64,000 nucleotides of DNA from Christensenella sp. (GTDB taxonomy: Bacteria > Bacillota > Clostridia > Christensenellales > CAG-138). This document shows, piece after piece, positions 17,316 to 26,874 of the stretch. A model generated the notes under the pieces. The model had not been told where the DNA came from. It saw only the letters and a list, made by a program, of their open reading frames with translations, and searched no databases. Every line of letters begins with the position of its first letter. Position 1 is the first letter of the stretch. The stretch lies in the NCBI GenBank assembly GCA_034926785.1, contig JAYFQU010000009.1, positions 118 through 64,117 of the forward strand, in the 5' to 3' direction. The position numbers and the translations under genes were made by a program.

Positions 17316-18179
17316 ATGAAGCCACTCGTCATCATGTCCGACTTTGGGCTCGCCGACGGCGCGGTCAGCGCCATGTACGGGGTTGCATACTCCGTCTGCG
17401 AACAGCTCAATATCAGCAGCCTCACACACGAAATTCCGCAATACAACGCCTGGGAGGCCAGCTATCGGCTCATCCAGACCGTTGGCTACTGGCCGAAAGG
17501 AACGGTGTTTGTCTCCGTGGTTGATCCGGGCGTTGGCTCCACGCGCCGCAGCATCGCCGTAGAAACCATTGCCGGGCAATACATCATCACGCCGGACAAC
17601 GGCACGCTCACGCATGTCAAGCACATCAGCGGCATCGTCGCCGCGCGCGAGATTGACGAGCGCGTCAACCGCCTGCCCGGCTCCGGCGAGAGCTATACCT
17701 TCCACGGACGGGATATCTACGCGTATACCGGCGCGCGGCTTGCGGCAGGCGTGATCGACTTTGCCGGCGTCGGGCCGGAGGTCGATCCGGAGAGCGTAGT
17801 GGAGCTGCCGATTGCAGTTGCAAAGCTGGAAGGCGACACCATCTATGGGGATATCGACGTGCTGGATGTCCGCTTTGGCAGCCTTTGGACGAGCATTCCG
17901 CGTGAGCTGTTCCTGCAACTTGGCGTCAAGCACGGGGACCGGATCGAAATCATGATTGAAAACGGCGCGCGCCTGGTCTATCGCAACTCCCTGATCTACG
18001 CCCGCTCGTTTGCGGATGCGTTTGTCGGCGAGCCGCTGGTCTATGTCAACAGCCTCGACCGTATGGCGGTTGCGATCAATCAGGGCGACTTTTCCCGCGC
18101 CTATAACATTGGCACCGGCGCGCCCTGGACCATACAGGTGCGCAAGTCCCGCCTGAAGGAGCCGAGATATGGAGACTAG
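17316..18179 (+). CDS. SAM hydroxide adenosyltransferase family protein (DUF62; fluorinase/chlorinase superfamily), paralog 1
   Basis: Family motifs are present: IMSDFGLADGAVSAMYGV, VSVVDPGVGSTRR, ITPDNGTLTH and FHGRDIYAY. Confidence 0.8.
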   Translation: MKPLVIMSDFGLADGAVSAMYGVAYSVCEQLNISSLTHEIPQYNAWEASYRLIQTVGYWPKGTVFVSVVDPGVGSTRRSIAVETIAGQYIITPDNGTLTHVKHISGIVAAREIDERVNRLPGSGESYTFHGRDIYAYTGARLAAGVIDFAGVGPEVDPESVVELPIAVAKLEGDTIYGDIDVLDVRFGSLWTSIPRELFLQLGVKHGDRIEIMIENGARLVYRNSLIYARSFADAFVGEPLVYVNSLDRMAVAINQGDFSRAYNIGTGAPWTIQVRKSRLKEPRYGD

Positions 18180-19881
18180 CCGAAAGCCGGTTGTTACATT
18201 TTCAGACTTTTCCTTTCAATACTTTTCGCAGGCGGAGCCGACCCTGCATGAGATCAACCTGACGATCTATGAGGGGGAAAAGGTGCTCATCGTCGGCCCG
18301 TCCGGCAGCGGAAAGAGCACGCTGGGCAACTGCATCAACGGCCTGATCCCGTTTTCCTATCCCGGCGAAATCAAAGGCAGCCTGAAGGTCTGCGGCCTCG
18401 AAACCAAAAAATCCAGCATTTTTGCGCTGAGTCAGCACGTAGGCACCGTGTTGCAGGATCCGGACGGACAATTCATCGGGCTTTCGGTCGGCGAGGACAT
18501 CGCCTTTGCGCTGGAAAACGAGTGCGTGCGGCAAGAGAAAATGAAGCAGATCGTCTCCGATACCGCCGCGCTGGTGGATATGGACGGGTTGCTCAACGCC
18601 TCTCCGTTTGAACTCTCCGGCGGGCAGAAGCAGCGCGTCTCGTTTGCGGGAGTGATGGTGCACGAGGTGGAGGCGCTGCTCTTTGACGAGCCGCTGGCAA
18701 ATCTTGACCCCGCGACGGGCAAGACCGCGATCGATCTGATCGACCGTATCTCGCAGGACTACCATAAGACGGTCGTGATCATCGAGCACAGGCTCGAGGA
18801 TGTGTTGTATCGCCGTGTGGATCGCGTGATTGTTATGTCCGAAGGGCGGATTGTTGCGGATCTGTCGCCGGACGCGCTCATGGCGGCGGATATCCTCGTC
18901 AATCTCGGGATCCGCGAGCCGCTGTATGTCACAGCGCTGAAATACGCCGGCGTTCCCGTAACGGAACAACTCCGCGCGGGGCGGATCGACACGCTGGATG
19001 TGGACGCCGTGAAGGGCGCGCTATCGGCCTGGGACGCGGCGCAGCCGGAACGCGCGCCCAAGCAACCCGGGGAAGCGATCCTTTCCGCACGGGACTTGAG
19101 CTATCGCTATGTGGAGCAGAGGCCGATTCTGAAGCACCTGAATTTCTCCATCGAGGCGGGCGAGATGGTCAGCCTCGTTGGCACCAACGGCGCGGGCAAG
19201 AGTACGCTTGCCAAGGTGATCACCGGCATCTGCAAGGATCCCGAGGGCAGTCTGCTTTTCCACGGCGGCGTGATGGACAACTGGACGATTCACGAACGCA
19301 GCGGGAAGATTGGCTACGTCATGCAGAATCCCAACCAGATGATCTGCAAGTCCATGATCTATGACGAGGTTGCGCTGGGGCTCAGGCTTCGCGGCATGAA
19401 CGAGGAGGAGATCAAGCCGAAGGTAGAGCATGCCCTCAAGATCTGCGGCCTTTCCCCATTTCGAAAGTGGCCCATCTCCGCGCTCTCATTCGGGCAGAAA
19501 AAGCGCGTTACCATCGCGAGCGTGCTCGTGCTGGAGCCGGAGCTGATCATTCTCGACGAGCCGACGGCGGGGCAGGACTACCGGCACTATACCGAGATCA
19601 TGGAGTTTTTGCGCTCGCTCAACGAGAACGGAACGACGATCCTGCTCATCACGCACGATATGCACCTAATGCTGGAATATACGCCGCATGCCATCGTGCT
19701 GCATGCCGGGGAGATTCTGCTTGACGGCACGGCGGTGCAGGCGCTCACCAACGAGGAGATCGCCGCGCGCGCAAGCCTGAAGGTGACATCGCTTTATCAG
19801 CTGGCCTCCCGCGCGGGACTGCCGGACGGAGAAGCGTTTGTGCAGCATTTTATCGACTATGAGAGGAGTACGGCTCGATGA
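18169..19881 (+). CDS. ECF transporter ATPase, fused EcfA1-EcfA2 (two ABC domains)
   Basis: 570 aa with two Walker A sites (GPSGSGKS and GTNGAGKS), two signature motifs (LSGGQKQR and LSFGQKKR) and two Walker B sites (LLFDEP and IILDEP). It overlaps the upstream gene by 11 nt. Confidence 0.85.
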   Translation: METSRKPVVTFSDFSFQYFSQAEPTLHEINLTIYEGEKVLIVGPSGSGKSTLGNCINGLIPFSYPGEIKGSLKVCGLETKKSSIFALSQHVGTVLQDPDGQFIGLSVGEDIAFALENECVRQEKMKQIVSDTAALVDMDGLLNASPFELSGGQKQRVSFAGVMVHEVEALLFDEPLANLDPATGKTAIDLIDRISQDYHKTVVIIEHRLEDVLYRRVDRVIVMSEGRIVADLSPDALMAADILVNLGIREPLYVTALKYAGVPVTEQLRAGRIDTLDVDAVKGALSAWDAAQPERAPKQPGEAILSARDLSYRYVEQRPILKHLNFSIEAGEMVSLVGTNGAGKSTLAKVITGICKDPEGSLLFHGGVMDNWTIHERSGKIGYVMQNPNQMICKSMIYDEVALGLRLRGMNEEEIKPKVEHALKICGLSPFRKWPISALSFGQKKRVTIASVLVLEPELIILDEPTAGQDYRHYTEIMEFLRSLNENGTTILLITHDMHLMLEYTPHAIVLHAGEILLDGTAVQALTNEEIAARASLKVTSLYQLASRAGLPDGEAFVQHFIDYERSTAR

Positions 19882-20711
19882 AAGCGAAACTCTTTGACTA
19901 TGTTGAGCGGCACAATATCGTCTACGACCTTTCCGGCGTGACGAAACTCTTCTGCTTTCTGCTGCTGACGGCGGCGGTCATGTTTTCCTACGATATCCGC
20001 GCAATTGCGGTCATCATGGTGCTGTCTCTCGTGTTCTTAAAGATGTCCCAGATTCAGTTTCGCCAGATCAAGCTGATGCTTTTATACGTGCTGGTGTTTC
20101 TGGTGTTTAACTTTGTGCTCACGTTTGTCTTCAGCCCGACCTATGGTGTGGATATCTATGGCACGAAGCATGTGCTCTTTACAATCGCAGGCCGCTATGT
20201 GGTGACGAGCGAGCAGATGCTCTATCAGGTGACCAAGACGCTCAAATATGCCTCCGTCGTGCCGCTTGGCATCATCTTTTTCCTCTCAACCAACCCGAGC
20301 GAGCTCGCCGCCTCCATCAATCGCGCGGGGGTCAGCTATAAGGCGGCGTTTGCCTTTTCACTGACGCTGCGCTATTTTCCGGATTTGATTCGGGACTATC
20401 AGGATATCTCCGCTGCGCAGCAATGCCGCGGGTTGGATCTCTCAAAAAAAGAAAAGTTGGGCACCCGCCTCAAGAACATACTAAACATCACGATTCCGCT
20501 GATTTTCTCTACGCTCGACCGCATCGAGACCATCTCCAATACGATGGATCTGCGCGGGTTTGGCAAGGAGAAGAAGCGCACCTGGTACTCCGCTAAGCCG
20601 CTCAAGCGAAACGATATCCTCGCGCTGAGCCTTGCGCTCTGCCTGTTTCTCGGCACCGTCGCACTCAGCGTCTTTATCAATCACAGCAAGTTCTGGAATC
20701 CGTTTGTCTGA
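19878..20711 (+). CDS. ECF transporter transmembrane T component (EcfT/CbiQ family)
   Basis: 277-aa polytopic membrane protein directly coupled (ATGA overlap) to the fused ATPase. It contains a conserved Arg-containing coupling helix region (LTLRYFPDL..., STLDRIETISNTMDLRGF). Confidence 0.8.
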   Translation: MKAKLFDYVERHNIVYDLSGVTKLFCFLLLTAAVMFSYDIRAIAVIMVLSLVFLKMSQIQFRQIKLMLLYVLVFLVFNFVLTFVFSPTYGVDIYGTKHVLFTIAGRYVVTSEQMLYQVTKTLKYASVVPLGIIFFLSTNPSELAASINRAGVSYKAAFAFSLTLRYFPDLIRDYQDISAAQQCRGLDLSKKEKLGTRLKNILNITIPLIFSTLDRIETISNTMDLRGFGKEKKRTWYSAKPLKRNDILALSLALCLFLGTVALSVFINHSKFWNPFV

Positions 20712-20795
20712 TGTGCGTGCGGCTGCCGGATCGCAAAAAAAATGCAATGCCCGGCTGCGAACGCGGCCAACGTGAAAATCAAAAAGGAGAACAAC

Positions 20796-21641
20796 ATGAA
20801 ACCCATTCTGGTCTTTCAAACCGACTTTACCTATAAGGAAGGCGCGGTCAGCTCTATGTACGGCGTGGTCAAGAGCGTGGATCGTGAGCTGGAAATCTTT
20901 GACGGCACGCATGAGCTGCCGCAGTATGACACCTGGAGCGCGAGCTACCGCCTGTATCAGAGCCTGCGGTTTTGGCCCGAGGGCACGATCTATGTCTCCG
21001 TGGTCGATCCCGGTGTCGGCACCGCGCGCAGAGCCTGCGTCGCGAAGGTCAACGGAGGATACTATGTTGTGACGCCCGATAACGGAGCGCTCACGCATAT
21101 CGACCGTGAGATGGGCATCCTTGAGGTGCGCGAGATCGACGAGAGCGTCAACCGCCTCCGCGGCAAGGACACCGAGGGCGTCGCGATTTTTCACGGGCGC
21201 GACCTCTTCGGCTATACCGCCGCGCGCCTTGCCAGCGGCATTATCGACTATGAGGGCGTCGGCCCCGCGTATCCCGTCAGCGAGGTCGTTCGGCACAAAA
21301 TGCACGAGCCGACGGTCGGCGCGGGCAAGGCGGAGGGGATCTTCGAGATCGACGACCCAAACTTTGGCAACCTCTGGACGAATATCCCCACGCGGCTGTT
21401 CTTCGAAAGCGGGTTTGCCTATGGGGACGCCGTCCACGTCACCGTGCAGCACGCGGGCAAGACCGTGTTTGACCAGAATGTGCTTTTCCATCAGAGCTTT
21501 GGTTTTGCCAAGCAGGGCGAACCCATCATCTATAACAATGAGTTGATGAAGATTGCCCTTGCGGTGAGCTGCGGCAGCTTCAAAGAGCGTTATTCCCTTT
21601 CCTTTGGCGCGGACTGGCGCGTCTGCTTCGCAAAGGCCTGA
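20796..21641 (+). CDS. SAM hydroxide adenosyltransferase family protein (DUF62), paralog 2
   Basis: It has the same motifs as paralog 1: FQTDFTYKEGAVSSMYGV, VSVVDPGVGTARR, VTPDNGALTH and FHGRDLFGY. The start was moved to ATG 20796 after AAAGGAGA. Confidence 0.8.
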   Translation: MKPILVFQTDFTYKEGAVSSMYGVVKSVDRELEIFDGTHELPQYDTWSASYRLYQSLRFWPEGTIYVSVVDPGVGTARRACVAKVNGGYYVVTPDNGALTHIDREMGILEVREIDESVNRLRGKDTEGVAIFHGRDLFGYTAARLASGIIDYEGVGPAYPVSEVVRHKMHEPTVGAGKAEGIFEIDDPNFGNLWTNIPTRLFFESGFAYGDAVHVTVQHAGKTVFDQNVLFHQSFGFAKQGEPIIYNNELMKIALAVSCGSFKERYSLSFGADWRVCFAKA

Positions 21642-21696
21642 GCGCGGGGCCGAATTTCGCGCGTTGTGTTGTGTTTGAACAAGCCCGCCTGTTGGC

Positions 21697-21726
21697 TTGA
21701 CAAATCATATACGATATGTATAGTAT
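21697..21726 (+). promoter_or_regulatory. Possible internal sigma-A promoter for the S-component gene
   Basis: TTGACA, an 18-nt spacer, then TAGTAT. Confidence 0.45.
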
Positions 21727-21764
21727 GGAACAGGAATGATAATGATTATGGGAGGTAATGTCTG

Positions 21765-22328
21765 ATGAAGAAAATGTTCAAAGTAACCACAAAAACCATC
21801 GTTGCAACCGGACTCGGCGCCGCTCTATTTGCGCTGCTGTTCATGTATGTGAAGGTTCCCACCGGCATTCCCGAAACCTCCATCCAGACCGCATACGGCC
21901 TCGGCGCGTTCTTTGCGGCGCTGTTTGGTCCTATCGCGGGCGGCCTGATCGCGTTCATCGGCCATGCGATCTCCGACGCTTTGCAGTATGGCTCACCCTG
22001 GTGGAGCTGGGTTATCGCAAGCGGCGTGTCCATGTTCCTCGTCGGTCTGGTCTATACGAAGCTCAAGGCGGATGAAGGCGAGTTTGGCTGGAAGGACGTC
22101 CTTCGCTTTAATATCTATCAGATTCTGGCCAACGTCATTGCCTGGATTGTTGTAGCGCCGGTGCTCGATATCGTCATCTATGCGGAGCCCGTGAACCTCG
22201 TCTTCACGCAGGGCGCGGTCGCCTGCCTTTGGAATGCGATTGCCTGCGGCGTGATCGGCACGCTGCTGCTCTTCGCCTATGCCAAGATCCGCCCGAAGAA
22301 GGGCAGCCTCTCCAAGGAAGAGGAGTAA
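21765..22328 (+). CDS. ECF transporter substrate-specific S component (resembles the UPF0397/HtsT-like group; substrate unknown)
   Basis: 187 aa with about 5-6 TM helices. The N-terminal pattern TKTIVATGLGAALFALLFMYVKVPTGIPETSIQTAYGLGAFFAALFGPIAGGLIAFIGHAISD is typical of ECF S components. RBS is GGGAGG. Confidence 0.7.
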   Translation: MKKMFKVTTKTIVATGLGAALFALLFMYVKVPTGIPETSIQTAYGLGAFFAALFGPIAGGLIAFIGHAISDALQYGSPWWSWVIASGVSMFLVGLVYTKLKADEGEFGWKDVLRFNIYQILANVIAWIVVAPVLDIVIYAEPVNLVFTQGAVACLWNAIACGVIGTLLLFAYAKIRPKKGSLSKEEE

Positions 22329-22415
22329 TTTCCTTCGCGCTAACATGCGGTTCAACGCCAAGTGCGTGAAAATTCAGTAAAATTCAAAAAGCAGCTTTGA
22401 GTTGCTGCGGTTTCA

Positions 22416-22455
22416 AAATCTGTCGCTCGGGTACTGACCCAGGCGGCAGATTTTT
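22416..22455 (+). terminator. Intrinsic terminator after the ECF cluster
   Basis: aaatctgtcgc / gcggcagattt stem (one G:U pair) running into a T5 tract. Confidence 0.55.
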
Positions 22456-22761
22456 CTATTGTCAGGTCTATCACGCGCAGCGCTTTTCATAGAAAAAATC
22501 GAGAGAAACAGGAGATTTCACGCTTGCCGGAGCGTGGGGGGCCGAGGCGCCGTTTACGCGATAGAGCATGCTTCAACATGCAGGAATCAAAACGAAAGAT
22601 TGCAAAATCGCTTCCGGCGAACAAGCAAACAGAATTTTCGGCACATTGACTTTTCATTTGATACCAGATAAACTAACTTGTGTGGAAGCCCACAACACAT
22701 CTTCGTTTTTTCATCGAAACACCCGAAACACTATTTCATGAAAGAGGAGAGGAAATCAAAC

Positions 22762-23889
22762 ATGAAAAAAATCGTAACAATCCTGATGGCGGCACTGCTC
22801 GTGTTTGGCGCTGTTGCGTGCAAACCGGCGACCCCCGCGACGGAGGCGCCCGCCGCAGACGCAGCGGGAAAAAAGGTTTATAACGTCGTCAGCCTGGTCA
22901 ACGGAAACCTGGGCGACAAGTCCTTTTTTGACTCTGCGGAGTCCGGCCTGAAGGCCCTTCAGGACGCAGGACGCATCACCTATAAGACCATCGAGATGGG
23001 CGCAACGGACGCGGACCAGCCGAAGTGGCTGGAAACCCTGTATGAAGTTGCCGAGTCCGGTGAATACGATCTGATCATCTGCGGCACGTGGCAGATGCCC
23101 GACAACCTGAAAGAGGTTGCAACCGCATATCCGGATCAGAAATTCCTGATTTATGACACCGACTCCTATGCCGGTGAAAACGCGAATGTCGTCAACATCA
23201 GCTATAAACAGAACGACATGGGCTATCTCATCGGCGTGTTTGCGGCGGCAATGACCTCCGAAACCTCGGTGAAGAACATCAACCCGGAGAAGGTCGTCGG
23301 CTTCGTCGGCGGCGAGGACAGCCCGGTCATCAACGACTTCCTCTATGGTTTCCTGGAGGGCGTGAAGGCCACCGATCCCGAAGTCAAGGTTGACACCCGT
23401 TATGTGACCAACTATTATGACACGGCCGTTGCCAAGGAACTGGCAAGCTCAATGATCAACGACAACAAAGCGGATATCATCTGGGGCGTAGCGGGTCTGG
23501 CGGGCAATGGCGCGGCGGAAGCGGCCCAGGAATCCGGTAAAGCATGGTTCATCGGCGTGGACAGCGATCAGGAACTGACGCTGCAGGAGCAGCTGGCGGC
23601 GATCACGCTGACCTCCGGCCTTAAAAACGTCGGCCAGTCGATCATCTGGATCTTTGACCAGATGGATGCCGGCAAAACCTATTGGGGCCAGGCGGTCTAT
23701 CTTGGCCTGACCGAAGGCGGCGTAGGCATTGCGACGGAGCACAACTTCGCGACCATCGCGCCGAAGTCCGTTCAGGACAAGGTCATGGCGGCGGAAGCGG
23801 CGGTCAGAGACGGCAGCATCGTGGTTTCCAGCGCGCTGACGGACGAGACCAAGGGCGTAGTTGATCTGCGCACGGCCATGCAGCCATAA
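22762..23889 (+). CDS. BMP-family (PnrA/Med-like) ABC transporter substrate-binding lipoprotein, probably nucleoside-binding
   Basis: Lipobox MKKIVTILMAALLVFGAVAC. BMP-family segments are present: GDKSFFDSA, YDLIICGTW, VGFVGGEDSPVINDF and FIGVDSDQ. Confidence 0.85.
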   Translation: MKKIVTILMAALLVFGAVACKPATPATEAPAADAAGKKVYNVVSLVNGNLGDKSFFDSAESGLKALQDAGRITYKTIEMGATDADQPKWLETLYEVAESGEYDLIICGTWQMPDNLKEVATAYPDQKFLIYDTDSYAGENANVVNISYKQNDMGYLIGVFAAAMTSETSVKNINPEKVVGFVGGEDSPVINDFLYGFLEGVKATDPEVKVDTRYVTNYYDTAVAKELASSMINDNKADIIWGVAGLAGNGAAEAAQESGKAWFIGVDSDQELTLQEQLAAITLTSGLKNVGQSIIWIFDQMDAGKTYWGQAVYLGLTEGGVGIATEHNFATIAPKSVQDKVMAAEAAVRDGSIVVSSALTDETKGVVDLRTAMQP

Positions 23890-24182
23890 CCGGCGCAACA
23901 TAACTAAAACCGTGAAGTGAGCTTATACGGTCAGCCAGGGGGAGTGCGATAAGCGCTCCCCCGGTTTGTTACCGGACGGATAGCCGGCTTAGGCACACGC
24001 GGCTTTGAAAAAACATATCGTCCTGCGGACGGCTTGACATTGCAATTGCGCGGATCATTCTTTAATATGGATTCTAGGTAAAACCGTGGGAATCCGATTG
24101 GCCCAAAGACAAAATGGCGCGAAGATTAGCCGCAAAAACGTGCGGCGGATGATACATATTCCATCAAAGGGGAATCCATTTT

Positions 24183-25763
24183 ATGGAACAGAACAATCTG
24201 GAACAGAACGATTTGGTCGTGCAGATGAAGGGGATCACCAAGGTGTATCCCAACGGTATCGCCGCGAATCAAAGCGTTGATTTCTCCGTGCGGCGCGGGG
24301 AGATCCACGCGCTGATGGGCGAGAACGGCGCAGGCAAGAGCACGCTGATGAAGATGCTCTTCGGTCTCGAACAGCCGACTGAGGGGGAGATTGTCGTCAA
24401 TGGCGAAAGGGTTTCGCTCTCCTCGCCCACGGTTGCAATCGCCCACGGCATCGGCATGGTACACCAGCACTTTATGCTTGTGCCAAGCCTCACCGTTGCC
24501 GAAAACATCGTGCTCGGCATGGTGCCGAAAAAAAGCGGCATGTTCATCGACTTTAAAAAGGCGACGGAGCTCACAAAGGAATATTCCGAGCGCTTTAATC
24601 TCGCGGTGAATCCGGACGCGAAGGTCGTGGATATCCCCGTGGGCATGAAGCAGAAGGTGGAAATTCTCAAGGCGCTCATCCGTGGCGCGAGGATTCTCAT
24701 TCTCGACGAGCCGACCGCTGTGCTCACCACGCAGGAGACGGCCGAGCTCTTTCGCGAACTGGTGCACCTCAAGGAACAAGGATATACCATCATCTTTATC
24801 TCCCATAAGCTCAACGAAATCAAGCAGATTACCGACCGCATCACAATTATGCGCGGCGGAAAATCAATGGGCGTTTACGAAACAGCGGCAATCAGCGAGC
24901 AGGAGATCTCCCGGTTGATGGTTGGACGCGACGTTATACTGGATGTTCAGAAGGACGCGCCGAAGCCGACGGACGTCGTGCTCAAGGTGCGCAATCTGCA
25001 GTATACCAACGAATGGAACAAAAAAATGCTCGACGGCGTATCGTTCGATGTGCGAAAGGGCGAGATTCTAGGCGTTGCGGGCGTTGAAGGAAACGGACAG
25101 CGGGAGCTGGTCGATATGCTTTTCGACCTGAACGAGCCGGACGGAGGGACGGCGACCGTCAACGGGACGGATGTGATCAGCGCTCCGCAGAGCAAGATTC
25201 GCGCTCTCGGCGTCTCTCTCGTGCCGGAGGACCGCATGACCTATGGCATAGCGGAGATCGCCACCATCGAGGAAAACCTGATCTCCGACCGGTTTGAGGA
25301 GAAACGCTTCAACAAAGGCCCGCTCTTTGATATGAAGGCGATTCATGAAGAGAGCGACCGTCTGATACAGGACTATGCGGTGCTATGCAGGTCCCGCAAG
25401 CAAAAGGTTAAGATGCTCTCCGGCGGCAACATTCAAAAGGTCGTGGTCGCAAGGGAGTTTTCCAGCGACCCGACGCTGATCATTGCCGACCAGCCGACGC
25501 GCGGCATAGACGTTGGCGCAACGGAGTTTATCCGCAAGAAGCTGGTCGATCTTTCCCGCGCGGGTTCGGCGGTACTGCTGGTTTCGGCCGATCTCAACGA
25601 GGTTATGGAGCTGAGCGACAGCCTCATCGTGCTCTGCGGTGGTAAGATCGCGGCCTATTTTGAGGATACGAGTCAGCTCAACGACGAGGTGATGGGCGAA
25701 TATATGCTAGGCCTCAAGCGGCAGAGCAACGAGGAGATCGGGAGGGTGTGTCATGAAAGATAG
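24183..25763 (+). CDS. ABC transporter ATP-binding protein (duplicated ATPase, sugar/nucleoside importer type)
   Basis: 526 aa. Walker A is GENGAGKST. The first domain has signature MKQKVEILKAL and Walker B ILILDEP. The second domain has LSGGNIQKV and IIADQPTRGID. Confidence 0.85.
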   Translation: MEQNNLEQNDLVVQMKGITKVYPNGIAANQSVDFSVRRGEIHALMGENGAGKSTLMKMLFGLEQPTEGEIVVNGERVSLSSPTVAIAHGIGMVHQHFMLVPSLTVAENIVLGMVPKKSGMFIDFKKATELTKEYSERFNLAVNPDAKVVDIPVGMKQKVEILKALIRGARILILDEPTAVLTTQETAELFRELVHLKEQGYTIIFISHKLNEIKQITDRITIMRGGKSMGVYETAAISEQEISRLMVGRDVILDVQKDAPKPTDVVLKVRNLQYTNEWNKKMLDGVSFDVRKGEILGVAGVEGNGQRELVDMLFDLNEPDGGTATVNGTDVISAPQSKIRALGVSLVPEDRMTYGIAEIATIEENLISDRFEEKRFNKGPLFDMKAIHEESDRLIQDYAVLCRSRKQKVKMLSGGNIQKVVVAREFSSDPTLIIADQPTRGIDVGATEFIRKKLVDLSRAGSAVLLVSADLNEVMELSDSLIVLCGGKIAAYFEDTSQLNDEVMGEYMLGLKRQSNEEIGRVCHER

Positions 25764-26874
25764 GCGAATGCTGTGGTTTGAACTCATCCGCGGCGCGGCG
25801 GCCATCCTGCTCGCGCTCGGCGTTGGAACCATCTTCATATTTCTCAGTTCGGACGAACCGTTTACCGCGCTTCGATATCTGCTCATCGGGCCGCTCGTCT
25901 CCATCAAAGCGGGGGTAGCAAGCTTCAATACCCAGGGGTTTTATACCATCCTCGCGGCGATGATTCCGACGATCTTCACGGGCCTTGCGGTCTGCGTGAT
26001 GTTTTCGAGCAACCAGTTTAATCTTGCCGGCGAGGGTGTGGTCATGGTCGGCGGCTTTGTCGCGGCGCTTGCGGGCATTTATATCCATATGAACACAGGC
26101 TGGCACGCGGTGCTCTGCGTGCTCATTGCGGCTGTGCTCGGCGGAGCGATCATGCTCATACCCGCGCTGCTTAAGGTGAAGATCGGCGCAAGCGAGATGG
26201 TCACAAGCCTTATGCTGAACTATGTCTGCATGTTCCTGGTGCTGCATTTTCTGAATTATATTTTTGCCGACCGCAGCAAGGGTTCCACGCAGACATTTCC
26301 GTTTGCGGACACGGCGAAGATTGGCTCGCTCGTGCCCGGCGGAAGCAAGCTTACCTGGGGTTTCGTGGCCGCGCTGGTATTTGTGGCGATCATCGCGCTG
26401 TTCATGTATCGCACGCGCTGGGGATATGCCATCCGCATGATCGGCATCAATCAGGCGTTTTCCAAATACTCCGGCATGAAGGTAGGCTCCACCATCGTGC
26501 TCTCCCAGGTGATCGGCGGTGCGCTGAGCGGGCTTGGCGGCGGAATCGAGGTTCTGGGACGATATTCCACCTTCCTTTGGAAGGAACTGCCCGGCTATGG
26601 TTGGACGGGAATCACCATCGCGATCCTCGCAAAAAACAATCCTCTCCTCGTGCCTCTCGCGGCGTTCTTTATCGCCTATCTCGACAAGGGCTGCCAACTC
26701 ATGGCGACCTATTGCGATGTGCCGAGCGAAATGATAGACATCATTCAGGCGGCGATCTTCCTCTTCTTTGCTGCGGAACAGTTCCTGAGCGGCTATCGCC
26801 AGAAGATTGTTGTTAAAAATGTCAACGCCGATCTTGCCAAGGCGATCACCGCCGTGGAAAGGGGTGACGAATAA
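25753..26874 (+). CDS. ABC transporter permease (BMP-type nucleoside/sugar importer)
   Basis: 373-aa polytopic membrane protein. It is overlap-coupled to the ATPase gene. Confidence 0.8.
   Translation: MKDRRMLWFELIRGAAAILLALGVGTIFIFLSSDEPFTALRYLLIGPLVSIKAGVASFNTQGFYTILAAMIPTIFTGLAVCVMFSSNQFNLAGEGVVMVGGFVAALAGIYIHMNTGWHAVLCVLIAAVLGGAIMLIPALLKVKIGASEMVTSLMLNYVCMFLVLHFLNYIFADRSKGSTQTFPFADTAKIGSLVPGGSKLTWGFVAALVFVAIIALFMYRTRWGYAIRMIGINQAFSKYSGMKVGSTIVLSQVIGGALSGLGGGIEVLGRYSTFLWKELPGYGWTGITIAILAKNNPLLVPLAAFFIAYLDKGCQLMATYCDVPSEMIDIIQAAIFLFFAAEQFLSGYRQKIVVKNVNADLAKAITAVERGDE

Noticed and set aside
22329-22761. Long (about 430 nt) spacer between the ECF S-component gene and the BMP lipoprotein gene, inspected for a riboswitch or small RNA
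   Set aside because: I found only a terminator, a plausible promoter (TTGACT-17-TAAACT near 22640-22670) and short weak hairpins. I recognise no conserved riboswitch core, and the 70-aa ORF there is Arg-rich and lacks an RBS.
23890-24182. Spacer of 293 nt between the binding-protein gene and the ATPase gene, with the hairpin gggggagtgcgataagcgctccccc
   Set aside because: This is the usual partial terminator/attenuator arrangement that raises binding-protein transcript levels relative to the rest of an ABC operon. Nothing further is supported.
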